A stretch of 52,040 nucleotides of DNA from Clostridiales bacterium (GTDB taxonomy: Bacteria; Bacillota; Clostridia; Oscillospirales; RGIG5299). Every line of letters begins with the position of its first letter. The stretch's first letter is position 1. The stretch lies in NCBI GenBank assembly GCA_016281405.1, contig JAEEIO010000045.1, forward strand, positions 1 through 52,040. The letters are read 5' to 3'. Both the position numbers and the translations under genes were made by a program. This document shows, piece by piece, positions 8,982 to 17,749 of the stretch. The notes under the pieces were generated by a model. The model had not been told where the DNA came from, did no database searches, and saw nothing but the letters and a program-made list of their open reading frames with translations.

Positions 8982-10190
8982 ATGAAAAAAGTTGTTATCG
9001 TCGGCGCGGGACACAGATGCTACACGGTTTTCGCCGCCAAGCTTTACAAATCTTATTCCGATTTAGTAAAGATAGTCGGCGTCTGCGACGTGAACATCAA
9101 ACGGTGCGAATTTTACCGCGATAATCTCGGCTCCGACATCGAGCTTTTCACCGATTTCGACGCCATGATGGATAAGCTTTCGCCCGACGCGGTCATAGTC
9201 ACCACGGTCGACAGGTTCCACCACGAATACATTATCAAGGCTCTCAAAAGAGGATGCGATGTCTACAGCGAAAAGCCCATAACCATCGACGAGGAAAAGT
9301 GCTTTATGATCCGCGAGGCGGAAAGAGAGTCGGGCAAAAACGTCACCGTCACCTTCAACTGCCGCTTCATGCCCTATTTCGTAAGGCTTAAAGAAATAGT
9401 AAAGTCGGGCGTTATCGGCAAACCTCTGACGATAAATTACGAATACGTTTTAAACACCGTCCACGGCGGCGACTATTTCAAAAGATGGCACAGATTTATG
9501 GCAAACTGCGGCGGCATGCTCGTCCACAAGTCGACCCACCATTTCGACATAGTCAACTGGCTGCTCGAGGACGAGCCCAAGACCGTCTCGGCGCAGGCGG
9601 CGAGACTTTATTACGGCAACGACGACCGTCCGCACGGTGACCGCTGTATGCAGTGCGATTATAAAGATAAATGCGAGTCTTACGCCTTTTTATACGATTC
9701 CGATTTTCTTAAAAAACTGTATTTCGACGCCGAAAAGGAAGACGGCTACATCCGCGACCACTGCGCCTTCAAGGACGACACCGACATCTACGACAGCATG
9801 TCGGTCTCGGTCGCATATAAAAAAGGGACGCTTCTCACCTATTCCTTAAACCTCTACAGCACCGAAGAGGGCTACACCATACATATAATCGGCGAGAAGG
9901 GAAAAATCGAGGCCTCGACCTTATTCGAGGGGGACGAATACAAGATAATCGTAAAATACCGCGACGGCCGCAAGGATACAATAACCTTCCCGAAGGCGGG
10001 CGGCATGCACGCGGGCGGCGACGACAGAATGTTTAATATGCTTTTCGGCGGCCTTAAGGACGACCCGCTCGGTCAGTGCGCGGGGAGCTTCGACGGCTTC
10101 AAGTCGGTCATGGTCGGCGTCGCCGCCAACAGAAGCATTAAAGAGGGTAAAAGAGTCGACGTATCGGAGACTCTCGACAGGTTAAGATGA
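8982..10190 (+). CDS. Gfo/Idh/MocA family NAD(P)-dependent oxidoreductase
   Basis: N-terminal Rossmann motif MKKVVIVGAGHRC and EKP motif (VYSEKPIT). The ATG at 8982 follows GGAGG; the track ORF starting at 8922 is an upstream extension. Confidence 0.85.
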   Translation: MKKVVIVGAGHRCYTVFAAKLYKSYSDLVKIVGVCDVNIKRCEFYRDNLGSDIELFTDFDAMMDKLSPDAVIVTTVDRFHHEYIIKALKRGCDVYSEKPITIDEEKCFMIREAERESGKNVTVTFNCRFMPYFVRLKEIVKSGVIGKPLTINYEYVLNTVHGGDYFKRWHRFMANCGGMLVHKSTHHFDIVNWLLEDEPKTVSAQAARLYYGNDDRPHGDRCMQCDYKDKCESYAFLYDSDFLKKLYFDAEKEDGYIRDHCAFKDDTDIYDSMSVSVAYKKGTLLTYSLNLYSTEEGYTIHIIGEKGKIEASTLFEGDEYKIIVKYRDGRKDTITFPKAGGMHAGGDDRMFNMLFGGLKDDPLGQCAGSFDGFKSVMVGVAANRSIKEGKRVDVSETLDRLR

Positions 10191-11347
10191 AAACCGCGGT
10201 AATAAACGCAAAAATCGTCACGAACGATAAGATAATTGAAAACGGGACGTGTATATTCGAAGACGGCAGGATAGTTTACGTCGGCGCCGAGAAGAAGCCT
10301 TTTGACAAAACGGTCGACGCCCGCGGCGACTATCTTATCCCGGGCTTCGTCGATATTCACTGTCACGGCGGCGACGGCGCCGAGTTTTCGGACGCCACCC
10401 CCGACGAATTCGATAAAATAGCGAAGTATCACCTTCGCCACGGCACGACGTCGATGCTCGCGACGACCCTGACCGAAAGCGAAGACAGAATCCGCGCCTC
10501 GCTCGATAATTTCGGAAAATACCTTGAAAAATACCGTGGCGGAAGCCTCGCGGGCGTTCACATGGAGGGGCCGTGGCTGAACCCCGCGCAGTGCGGAGCG
10601 CAAAACGTGAAATTCATGAAGCTCCCCGACCCCGCGGAGCTTCGCCGTCTCAAAGAAAAATACCCCTATATCCTCCGCGTGAGCGCCGCCCCCGAGCTTC
10701 CGGGCGGACTTGAGTTCGGAAAAACGGGCAAAGAGCTCGGGATACTCATGTCCGTCGCCCACAGCGACGCCGATTTCAATACGGTCGAAAAGGCGATGAA
10801 TTGCGGCTACGCGCTTATGACGCACCTCTATTCGGGCATGAAAGGCGTCACGCGGAAAAACTCCTACAGAACGGCGGGCGCGGTCGAGGCGGGACTTTAT
10901 TTCGACGACCTTTACGTCGAGCTTATCGCCGACGGACGCCACTTGCCGCCCGAACTTCTGAAGTTCGTCTATAAAGTCAAGGGCGCGGGCAAAATTTGCC
11001 TGATAACCGACGCCATCCGCGCAAGCGGCTTAAAAAACGGCGAAAAGTCGGTGATCGGGAGCCTTAAAGGCGGCCTTCCCGTCATAGTCGAGGACGACGT
11101 CGCCAAGACGGCCGACAGGCAGTCCTTCGCGGGAAGCACCGCGACCTTCGACAGGATATTCGCGACCATGGGAAAAGCCGTCGGCTGCGGCATAAAAGAC
11201 CTTGTGAAAATGTCATCTTACAATCCGTCCCGTATCGCGGGACTTACCGACAGGGGCGAAATCGCCGCGGGCAAAAGAGCCGACCTTCTTTTGGCGGACG
11301 GCTCTCTCAGGATAAAAAAAGTTATTTTCGGAGGCAGCGAAATATGA
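10187..11347 (+). CDS. nagA: N-acetylglucosamine-6-phosphate deacetylase
   Basis: Amidohydrolase metal motifs DIHCHGG and HLYSGM plus overall NagA-like sequence. There is a 4-nt overlap with the upstream gene. Confidence 0.9.
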   Translation: MKTAVINAKIVTNDKIIENGTCIFEDGRIVYVGAEKKPFDKTVDARGDYLIPGFVDIHCHGGDGAEFSDATPDEFDKIAKYHLRHGTTSMLATTLTESEDRIRASLDNFGKYLEKYRGGSLAGVHMEGPWLNPAQCGAQNVKFMKLPDPAELRRLKEKYPYILRVSAAPELPGGLEFGKTGKELGILMSVAHSDADFNTVEKAMNCGYALMTHLYSGMKGVTRKNSYRTAGAVEAGLYFDDLYVELIADGRHLPPELLKFVYKVKGAGKICLITDAIRASGLKNGEKSVIGSLKGGLPVIVEDDVAKTADRQSFAGSTATFDRIFATMGKAVGCGIKDLVKMSSYNPSRIAGLTDRGEIAAGKRADLLLADGSLRIKKVIFGGSEI

Positions 11348-12069
11348 AGCTTATAGTCAAAGACACGTCGGATGAAATGGGCGCCCTCGCGGCGGCGCAG
11401 GCGGCGGCGGTCGTAAACGACGCGATCGAAAAGCGGGGAAACGCCCGCATACTTCTCTCGACGGGCGCCTCGCAGTTCCCGTTTTTTAAGTATTTCGTAA
11501 AGGAAAAGATCGATTGGAGCAAGGTCGAAATGTTCCACCTCGACGAATACGTCGGCATAAGCAAGGACCATTTCGCGAGCTTCAACAAATACCTCACCGA
11601 GCGGTTCGTCTCCGTCGTAAAGCCCGGCAAGGCGCACCTTATCGACGGCGAAAGGGACGTAAACGAGACCATAGCGGAGCTTACCGGACTGCTTTCGGAA
11701 AGCCCCGTCGACCTCGGGATGATAGGCATCGGCGAAAACGCCCACATCGCCTTCAACGATCCGCCCGCCGACTTCGAGGACGAAAGCGCCTACAAGGTCG
11801 TGACCCTCGCGAAGACCTGTCTTCAGCAGCAGATACACGAGGGCTGGTTCAAAACGGAGGACGAGGCCTTCAAGCAGGCGATAAGCATGACCTGCAGGCA
11901 GATAATGAAATGCAGGACGATAATCTCGGTCGTGCCCTATAAGTGCAAGGCCGACGCGGTCTATAAGACCATGACGGGCGAGCTTTCTAACGAAGTCCCC
12001 GCCACGCTCCTAAAGACCCACGGCGACTACACCCTCTACTGCGACGCCGACTCGGCGAGCAGACTTTAA
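11344..12069 (+). CDS. nagB: Glucosamine-6-phosphate deaminase/isomerase family protein
   Basis: LDEY and GIGENAHIAFNDP motifs of the NagB/6-phosphogluconolactonase fold. 241 aa, translationally coupled to nagA by an ATGA overlap. Confidence 0.75.
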   Translation: MKLIVKDTSDEMGALAAAQAAAVVNDAIEKRGNARILLSTGASQFPFFKYFVKEKIDWSKVEMFHLDEYVGISKDHFASFNKYLTERFVSVVKPGKAHLIDGERDVNETIAELTGLLSESPVDLGMIGIGENAHIAFNDPPADFEDESAYKVVTLAKTCLQQQIHEGWFKTEDEAFKQAISMTCRQIMKCRTIISVVPYKCKADAVYKTMTGELSNEVPATLLKTHGDYTLYCDADSASRL

Positions 12070-12077
12070 GACGAAAA

Positions 12078-12110
12078 AACGGCGTTTGTAAAAACGCCGT
12101 TTTATTTTTC
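12078..12110 (+). terminator. Rho-independent terminator after nagB
   Basis: aacggcgttt-gta-aaacgccgtt stem followed by a T-rich run. Confidence 0.7.
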
Positions 12111-12114
12111 GCCA

Positions 12115-13908
12115 TTGAAAAGCGATTCGATTTATGATATTATAACCGAGGAAGAGAAAACCCGAAAAGAGGAGAGCCAGACGTCATATCGTAAAAACAG
12201 ACAATATATAAGCGAACTCCCGTTGCTTTTAGCCGAATGGGATTGGAAAAAGAATACGGTTTCGCCTTATGAAATAACTGTCGGAAGCAGTGTGCGTTGC
12301 TTTTGGAAATGCTCCGTTTGCGGCCACTCCTGGTCTGCCGTTGCTAATACAAGAGGGATGAGGGGCGGCGGATGCCCCATGTGCGCCCGAAAAAAGCGCG
12401 GTCTGACAAGGATGAAAACCTTTGCGGAAAAGAACAGTTTTATTATTAACTACCCCGAGATTGCGCGCGAATGGCATCCGACGAAAAACGAAAACGTGAA
12501 AATCGAAAACGTCTCCGCGTGTTCCAATGTAAAAGCATGGTGGAAATGTTCCGTTTGCGGTAAAGAATGGCAGGCCACAGTAAACCATAGAACCGTCGGA
12601 AATACAGGCTGCCCGATTTGTTCAAAAAAGGACAGTGCGGCAAAAAAAGTGAAAACCCACGCTAAGCGAAACAACTTTGCCGATAATTATCCGCTTGTCG
12701 CCGCAGAATGGCACCCCACGAAAAACGGAGAAATGAAGCCCGAAGAATTCTCTTCCGGCAGCAACAAAAGAGTCTGGTGGCTTTGCGGGTTTTGCGGGAA
12801 CGAGTGGGAGGCAACAATAAACAAACGAACCACGGGGAGAGGTTGCCCGATATGCTCAAAAGCAAACACGTCGCTTCCCGAACAGACCGTTTTCTTCTAC
12901 GTGCAAAAGGTTTTTCCTGACGCCCTCAACCGTTTCAAAAAGGACTTTGAATTTGATATTTATATTCCGTCCGTTCAAACGGCAATCGAGTATGACGGTT
13001 CGGCCTACCATAAGACGCCGAAGGCGCTTATTAAAGATAATAACAAAGACCGGTATTGCGCGGCAAACGGCATACGGCTGATTCGCTTTCGCGCTCCGAA
13101 ACTCGCGGACACCGAACACGCCGTTCGCATAACGTGCGAGGATTACCAAATAGAAAAGGGACTAAAAGAGCTTTTCAAAATACTTGAAAAAGACTGCCCC
13201 GATATCGATATCGACCGCGACAGAATAAAAATAATCAACTGTTTCCGCAACGTTCAGAACGAAAATAGTATCGCGGCAAAGTTTCCGCTTATTGTTAAAG
13301 AATGGAATTATCAAAAAAACGGAAAAATAAATCCCGCGGCTGTCGCGGCCATGTCAAACGTGAAGTTCTGGTGGAAATGCCGCGTTTGCGGTTATGAATG
13401 GCAGGCCGCGGCAAATAAAAGATGCGGCGCGGGAAGAGGATGCCCGTTTTGCGCGGGAAAAGTTGTTGTGGCGGGGAAAAACGACTTGGAGACGCTTTAC
13501 CCCGAGATTGCGGCGGAGTGGGACTATGAGAAAAACGCACCTCTACTTCCTGCACAAGTGACTCCGCACAGCAATAAAAAAGTGTGGTGGAAATGTAAAG
13601 AGTTTGGGCATATATGGCAAACAAGTGTTAATGATAGGGTTAATGACAGCACAAAATGTCCGTTTTGCAGAAATAAAAAAGTATTAAAAGGCTTTAATGA
13701 TCTGGCAACCACCAATCCCCGCCTCGCCGAGGAGTGGAGCGAGAAAAACGAAATAAAGCCGACGGAAGTCACCGCAGGCTCCGAGAAAAAAGTTTGGTGG
13801 AAGTGCCGTGCTTGCGGGCACGAATGGCAAGCGGTTATTTACAGTCGAAAAAATAATGGTTGTCCGATTTGCGGAAAGAAAAAAATAAAAAAACCCTTGA
13901 CAAAGTAA
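12115..13908 (+). CDS. Six zinc-ribbon repeats (DUF4379-like) flanking a central Vsr/DUF559-like PD-(D/E)xK nuclease-fold core
   Basis: Six repeats of the type (E/A)EW(H/D)xxKN...(V/A)WW(K/L)CxxCGxxWxAxxxxR......CPxC, three on each side of FEFDIYIPSVQTAIEYDGSAYH...NGIRLIRFR. The start is an apparent TTG, and the true start is uncertain. The gene is visibly lower in GC than its neighbours. Confidence 0.7.
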   Translation: MKSDSIYDIITEEEKTRKEESQTSYRKNRQYISELPLLLAEWDWKKNTVSPYEITVGSSVRCFWKCSVCGHSWSAVANTRGMRGGGCPMCARKKRGLTRMKTFAEKNSFIINYPEIAREWHPTKNENVKIENVSACSNVKAWWKCSVCGKEWQATVNHRTVGNTGCPICSKKDSAAKKVKTHAKRNNFADNYPLVAAEWHPTKNGEMKPEEFSSGSNKRVWWLCGFCGNEWEATINKRTTGRGCPICSKANTSLPEQTVFFYVQKVFPDALNRFKKDFEFDIYIPSVQTAIEYDGSAYHKTPKALIKDNNKDRYCAANGIRLIRFRAPKLADTEHAVRITCEDYQIEKGLKELFKILEKDCPDIDIDRDRIKIINCFRNVQNENSIAAKFPLIVKEWNYQKNGKINPAAVAAMSNVKFWWKCRVCGYEWQAAANKRCGAGRGCPFCAGKVVVAGKNDLETLYPEIAAEWDYEKNAPLLPAQVTPHSNKKVWWKCKEFGHIWQTSVNDRVNDSTKCPFCRNKKVLKGFNDLATTNPRLAEEWSEKNEIKPTEVTAGSEKKVWWKCRACGHEWQAVIYSRKNNGCPICGKKKIKKPLTK

Positions 13909-13958
13909 AATAAATCTGATACAATTAAATTGCATACAATGAAAAGGAGGAGAAAACA

Positions 13959-14498
13959 ATGTCAATCTACGATTTCACCGTCAAAAAGAGAAGAGAAGGG
14001 GAGCTTTCGCTCTCGGATTTAAAAGGCAAGGTCCTGCTTGTCGTCAACACGGCGACCGGCTGCGGCTTCACGCCGCAATACGAGGGCCTCGAAAAGCTCT
14101 ACGCCAAATATAAGGACAAGGGCTTCGAGGTGCTCGATTTCCCCTGCAATCAGTTCGCGGGGCAGGCGCCCGGCACCGACGAGGAGATACACGAATTCTG
14201 CACCTTAAAGTATAAGACGACCTTCGACCAGCTCGCCAAGGTCGAGGTAAACGGCGAAAACGAGGAGCCGCTTTTCACCTTCCTGAAGGCCGCCATACCC
14301 GAGGACGAGATAAAGGGCGTCAAAAACAAGATGATAATGAAGTCCATAAAGGCCATAAGCACGTCCACCAAAAAAGACGGCGACATCAAATGGAACTTCA
14401 CCAAGTTCCTCATAGGCCGCGACGGCGTCCCCGTAAAGCGCTACAGCCCGACCGTCGCCCCCGCCGACATTGAAAAAGACATTGAAGAACTGATCTGA
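13959..14498 (+). CDS. Glutathione peroxidase (Cys-type)
   Basis: All three GPx signatures are present: NTATGCGFTPQY, FPCNQF and WNFTKFL. RBS AGGAGGAG. Confidence 0.9.
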   Translation: MSIYDFTVKKRREGELSLSDLKGKVLLVVNTATGCGFTPQYEGLEKLYAKYKDKGFEVLDFPCNQFAGQAPGTDEEIHEFCTLKYKTTFDQLAKVEVNGENEEPLFTFLKAAIPEDEIKGVKNKMIMKSIKAISTSTKKDGDIKWNFTKFLIGRDGVPVKRYSPTVAPADIEKDIEELI

Positions 14499-14511
14499 AA
14501 GGGTGTTTTTA

Positions 14512-14826
14512 ATGGCAGTATTGAAAGTATCGAAGGACGATTTCGAAAAAGAGGTTTTAGGCTCCGAAAAAACGGTGCTCGCCGACTTTTACGCCGACTG
14601 GTGCGGCCCCTGCCGCGCCCTTAAAGGCATTGTCGAGGAGATCTCGGAGGAGCTCGCCGACGTCAAGACCGTCAAGATAAACATCGACGACGACGAGGAG
14701 CTCGCCGAGACCTACGAGGTATTTTCCATCCCCTGCCTCATAGTCTTCAAGGACGGCGAAGAGGTCGCGAGGAGCGTCGGCCTTCGCCCGAAGGACGCGA
14801 TCGTCTCGATGCTCGAGGGCGTATAA
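14512..14826 (+). CDS. trxA: Thioredoxin
   Basis: WCGPC active site, ~104 aa. The ATG at 14512 is preferred over the GTG at 14503. Confidence 0.9.
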   Translation: MAVLKVSKDDFEKEVLGSEKTVLADFYADWCGPCRALKGIVEEISEELADVKTVKINIDDDEELAETYEVFSIPCLIVFKDGEEVARSVGLRPKDAIVSMLEGV

Positions 14827-15729
14827 ATGTATGACATTATAATAATCGGCGGCGGCCCCGCGGGGCTGACGGCGGCGGTTTACGCCCGCCGCGCCGAAAA
14901 GACGGCGCTGGTGCTCGAGGCCCTTGCCGCGGGCGGCCAGATAATCAAAACGCCGCTTATCGAAAACTACCCCGCCGCGCCGGCCATCTCGGGCGTCGAT
15001 TTCGCCGAAAAGCTTCTTCGGCAGGCGAAAGACCTCGGCGCCGAAATAGTTTACGAAAAAGCGGTCGACATAAAAGACGGCAAGACCTTTACCGTCGTCA
15101 CCCCGAAAAACGAATATTCGGCCAAGGCTGTAATTATCGCGACGGGCTCAGAGAGCCGAAAGCTCGGCCTCGAAAACGAGGACGAACTCATAGGCAGGGG
15201 CGTATCCTACTGCGCCACCTGCGACGGCGGATTTTTCCGTAAAAAGACCGTCGCCGTCGTCGGCGGGGGCAACACCGCGCTCGAGGACGCGCTCTATCTT
15301 TCCGAAGTCGCCGAAAAGGTCTATCTCATCCACCGCCGCGAAGGCTTCAGAGCCGACGAGACGAGCGTGGCGAGGCTCAGGGCGAAAGGCAACGTCGAGT
15401 TCGTTCTTAACAGCCGCGTCACCAAGCTTGTCGCCGAAAAGCGGCTTCAGAGCATAGAAATAACCGATAACGGCGGCGCCGTGCGGGACATCCCCGTAAA
15501 CGGCCTCTTCGTCGCCGTCGGCAGAGTGCCCGAAAACCGGAACTTCGCAAAGCTTATAAAGCTCGACGAGGCGGGCTACGCCGTCGCGGCGGAAAACTGT
15601 CATACCGAAAGGGCGGGCGTTTTCGTCGCGGGCGACAACCGTCAAAAAGAGGTGCGCCAGCTCGTCACGGCCGCGGCCGACGGAGCCGTCGCCGCCACCG
15701 AAGCGGTAAAGTATATCAATTCGCTCTGA
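14827..15729 (+). CDS. trxB: Thioredoxin-disulfide reductase
   Basis: GGGPAG FAD motif, CATCDG redox centre and GGGNTA NADPH motif. It abuts the trxA stop. Confidence 0.92.
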   Translation: MYDIIIIGGGPAGLTAAVYARRAEKTALVLEALAAGGQIIKTPLIENYPAAPAISGVDFAEKLLRQAKDLGAEIVYEKAVDIKDGKTFTVVTPKNEYSAKAVIIATGSESRKLGLENEDELIGRGVSYCATCDGGFFRKKTVAVVGGGNTALEDALYLSEVAEKVYLIHRREGFRADETSVARLRAKGNVEFVLNSRVTKLVAEKRLQSIEITDNGGAVRDIPVNGLFVAVGRVPENRNFAKLIKLDEAGYAVAAENCHTERAGVFVAGDNRQKEVRQLVTAAADGAVAATEAVKYINSL

Positions 15730-15740
15730 TAATTAAAGAA

Positions 15741-15769
15741 AAAGCACGGCTTGACCGTGCTTTTTCTTT
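15741..15769 (+). terminator. Rho-independent terminator after trxB
   Basis: aaagcacgg-cttga-ccgtgcttt followed by a T-run. A TTGACA (15771-15776), 17-nt spacer and TATTAT promoter for the next gene follows immediately. Confidence 0.75.
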
Positions 15770-15828
15770 CTTGACACCGCAATCATAATAAGCTATTATA
15801 ATTATATAATCGTTTAGGGGTTGAGGTC

Positions 15829-17670
15829 ATGAAAAAATCCGCCGCGAAAGTTTTATGCTGTCTTCTCGCCTTGCTTACGGCCGTCTCCGCGCTTGCGGGA
15901 TGCGGCGAAGTCGAAGAGGATTTACCGCCTCTTCCGCTTGAAGACGATCTTTTGCCTCAGTCGCCGTTTTTCTATACCGTCCGCGGCGGCAAAAACGGCG
16001 CCGACGTCCAGGAGACCGCGCTTGCTTTCAACGCGGTCTGTAAGGTCTTCGGCGGCGTTAACGGCGAGCCCTGCAAGGTCTACCGTTTTGGCAACGAGCC
16101 GACCTATTACGAGTGGATGGCGATGAAAATCGCCTGGACGGGCGACGCCGCCTACCTCCGCGAGCTTAAAGACAAAATAGTCGGCTGTCCGCAGACCGAC
16201 AACGGCTATCTCTGGTCGTGGGGCACCTCGACCTATTGGCCGACGGGAGCGGGCGATATGCACTACGACGGACTTTTCCGCTTTGTCGCCGCCGTCGCCG
16301 AGATTTTAAGATACGAAGGCAGCGCGTCCTTCCTTGACGAAAAGGACGCCACCACCTACGGAAGCGATACCGCGAAGGACGCTTCGGCGGGCCGCACCGT
16401 CTACGAAAAGTGCGCCGCAGCCATGGACTACGCCGACAAGCTTCTTTTCGGCGGCACGGGCATTATAACCGTGACCGAACAGTCGGTCTATCTCAAAGAC
16501 GGCGTCACACGCTTCGATATAAACGACAAGGGCGAGACCGTCTGGAACAACACGGGCCGCGCCGGAAGCTCCGGCTCGAATTACTGGGATAACCTCTGCT
16601 TCGGCCACAAGGACGCCTACGAAACCATGCTCTATTATCACGCCCTTCTCGCAATGCGCGACATTGAGACAATGCGCGGCGACTCCGAGGCGGCGAAGCG
16701 TCTGGAAGCCCGCGCCGACACGGTCGGAAAGGCCTTTAACGAGACCTTCTGGAGCGAGGAAACGGGCCGCTATATCGCCTGCATCGACGCCGACGGCAAA
16801 AAATGGGACCCCGGTCTGACGTTCTTAAACACCGAGGCGCTTTCTTACGGCCTCGGCGACGCGAAAAAGGCCGAGTCGGTACTTTCATGGATCGACGGCG
16901 ACCGCATTATCGGGGGCGACACCCTCGGCGGCTATGAAATACTCGACTATTCGGGCGTCCTCATGAGAGCCATGAAGAGAAAGAAAAGGGACGAGCCCCG
17001 AAACTTCGTCCCGATAAGCAATACCGTAAGCATCGAAGATCTTTCCGAGGGAGGCCCCGCGTGGTGGAACAGTCTCGAAGGCGCCATAAACGTCGGCGAG
17101 AACGGCAACGCCGCCTACGGACGCCACCTTGAAAACGGCGGCTACATATTCTATACGGTCTACTACGAGCTTGCCGCCCGCGCGAAATACAGAGGAGCCG
17201 CAGACGTCGTCGCCCGCGCCGAAAATATAGCCGACGTCTACCGCTTCAACGGTCTGGATTCCGACAAGGGCAACTGGGTCGAGGGACTTGTGGACGAATA
17301 CCCCGAAAGCGGTATAGTCGCCCGCGTGTTTATAGACTCTCTTTGCGGCATAACGCCGACCGCCGACGCTCTTACCGTCCGCCCCGATCTCCCGAAGAAC
17401 GCGGCGACGCTCGGCGTCGAAAAGTTCTGTTACGGCGGCGCGGCGATGAGAATTGAAGTCGGCGGAGAGACCCTTTCGCTGCGCTCCGAAACCGCCCTTT
17501 CGGGTAAAATCGTATTCTACCCCGAAAAGTCGGGAGATTACAATATAACGCTCACTCTCGCGGACGGCACGACCGTCGCCGAAAAAATAAAAACCGACCG
17601 GGACGGCGCGGTCACCGCGGCGCTTGCGGGACGGGGCGCGGTATCGGTCGATATTTCGCCGTCGCGATAA
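15829..17670 (+). CDS. Lipoprotein, (alpha/alpha)6 six-hairpin glycosidase-like; function unknown
   Basis: Signal peptide and lipobox (LTAVSALAGC). The central region (YYHALLAMRDIETMRGDSEAAKRLEARADTVGKAFNETFWSEETGRY) resembles six-hairpin glycosidases. The family assignment is tentative. Confidence 0.6.
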   Translation: MKKSAAKVLCCLLALLTAVSALAGCGEVEEDLPPLPLEDDLLPQSPFFYTVRGGKNGADVQETALAFNAVCKVFGGVNGEPCKVYRFGNEPTYYEWMAMKIAWTGDAAYLRELKDKIVGCPQTDNGYLWSWGTSTYWPTGAGDMHYDGLFRFVAAVAEILRYEGSASFLDEKDATTYGSDTAKDASAGRTVYEKCAAAMDYADKLLFGGTGIITVTEQSVYLKDGVTRFDINDKGETVWNNTGRAGSSGSNYWDNLCFGHKDAYETMLYYHALLAMRDIETMRGDSEAAKRLEARADTVGKAFNETFWSEETGRYIACIDADGKKWDPGLTFLNTEALSYGLGDAKKAESVLSWIDGDRIIGGDTLGGYEILDYSGVLMRAMKRKKRDEPRNFVPISNTVSIEDLSEGGPAWWNSLEGAINVGENGNAAYGRHLENGGYIFYTVYYELAARAKYRGAADVVARAENIADVYRFNGLDSDKGNWVEGLVDEYPESGIVARVFIDSLCGITPTADALTVRPDLPKNAATLGVEKFCYGGAAMRIEVGGETLSLRSETALSGKIVFYPEKSGDYNITLTLADGTTVAEKIKTDRDGAVTAALAGRGAVSVDISPSR

Positions 17671-17687
17671 AGATTTTCCGCGTTTTC

Positions 17688-17716
17688 TTGACAAACCACC
17701 CTTAAAATGTTATTAT
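17688..17716 (+). promoter_or_regulatory. Sigma-A type promoter for the SPFH gene
   Basis: TTGACA (17688-17693), a 17-nt spacer, then TATTAT/TATAAT (17711-17719). Confidence 0.6.
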
Positions 17717-17749
17717 AATACCAAATAATAATAACGGAGGTTTACAAAT

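Noticed and set aside
12229-13965. Multiple 60-120 aa minus-strand ORFs inside the zinc-ribbon gene
   Set aside because: They are antisense to a repeat-structured CDS whose six repeats keep the CxxC...CxxC pattern in one frame. The antisense frames show no conservation between repeats.
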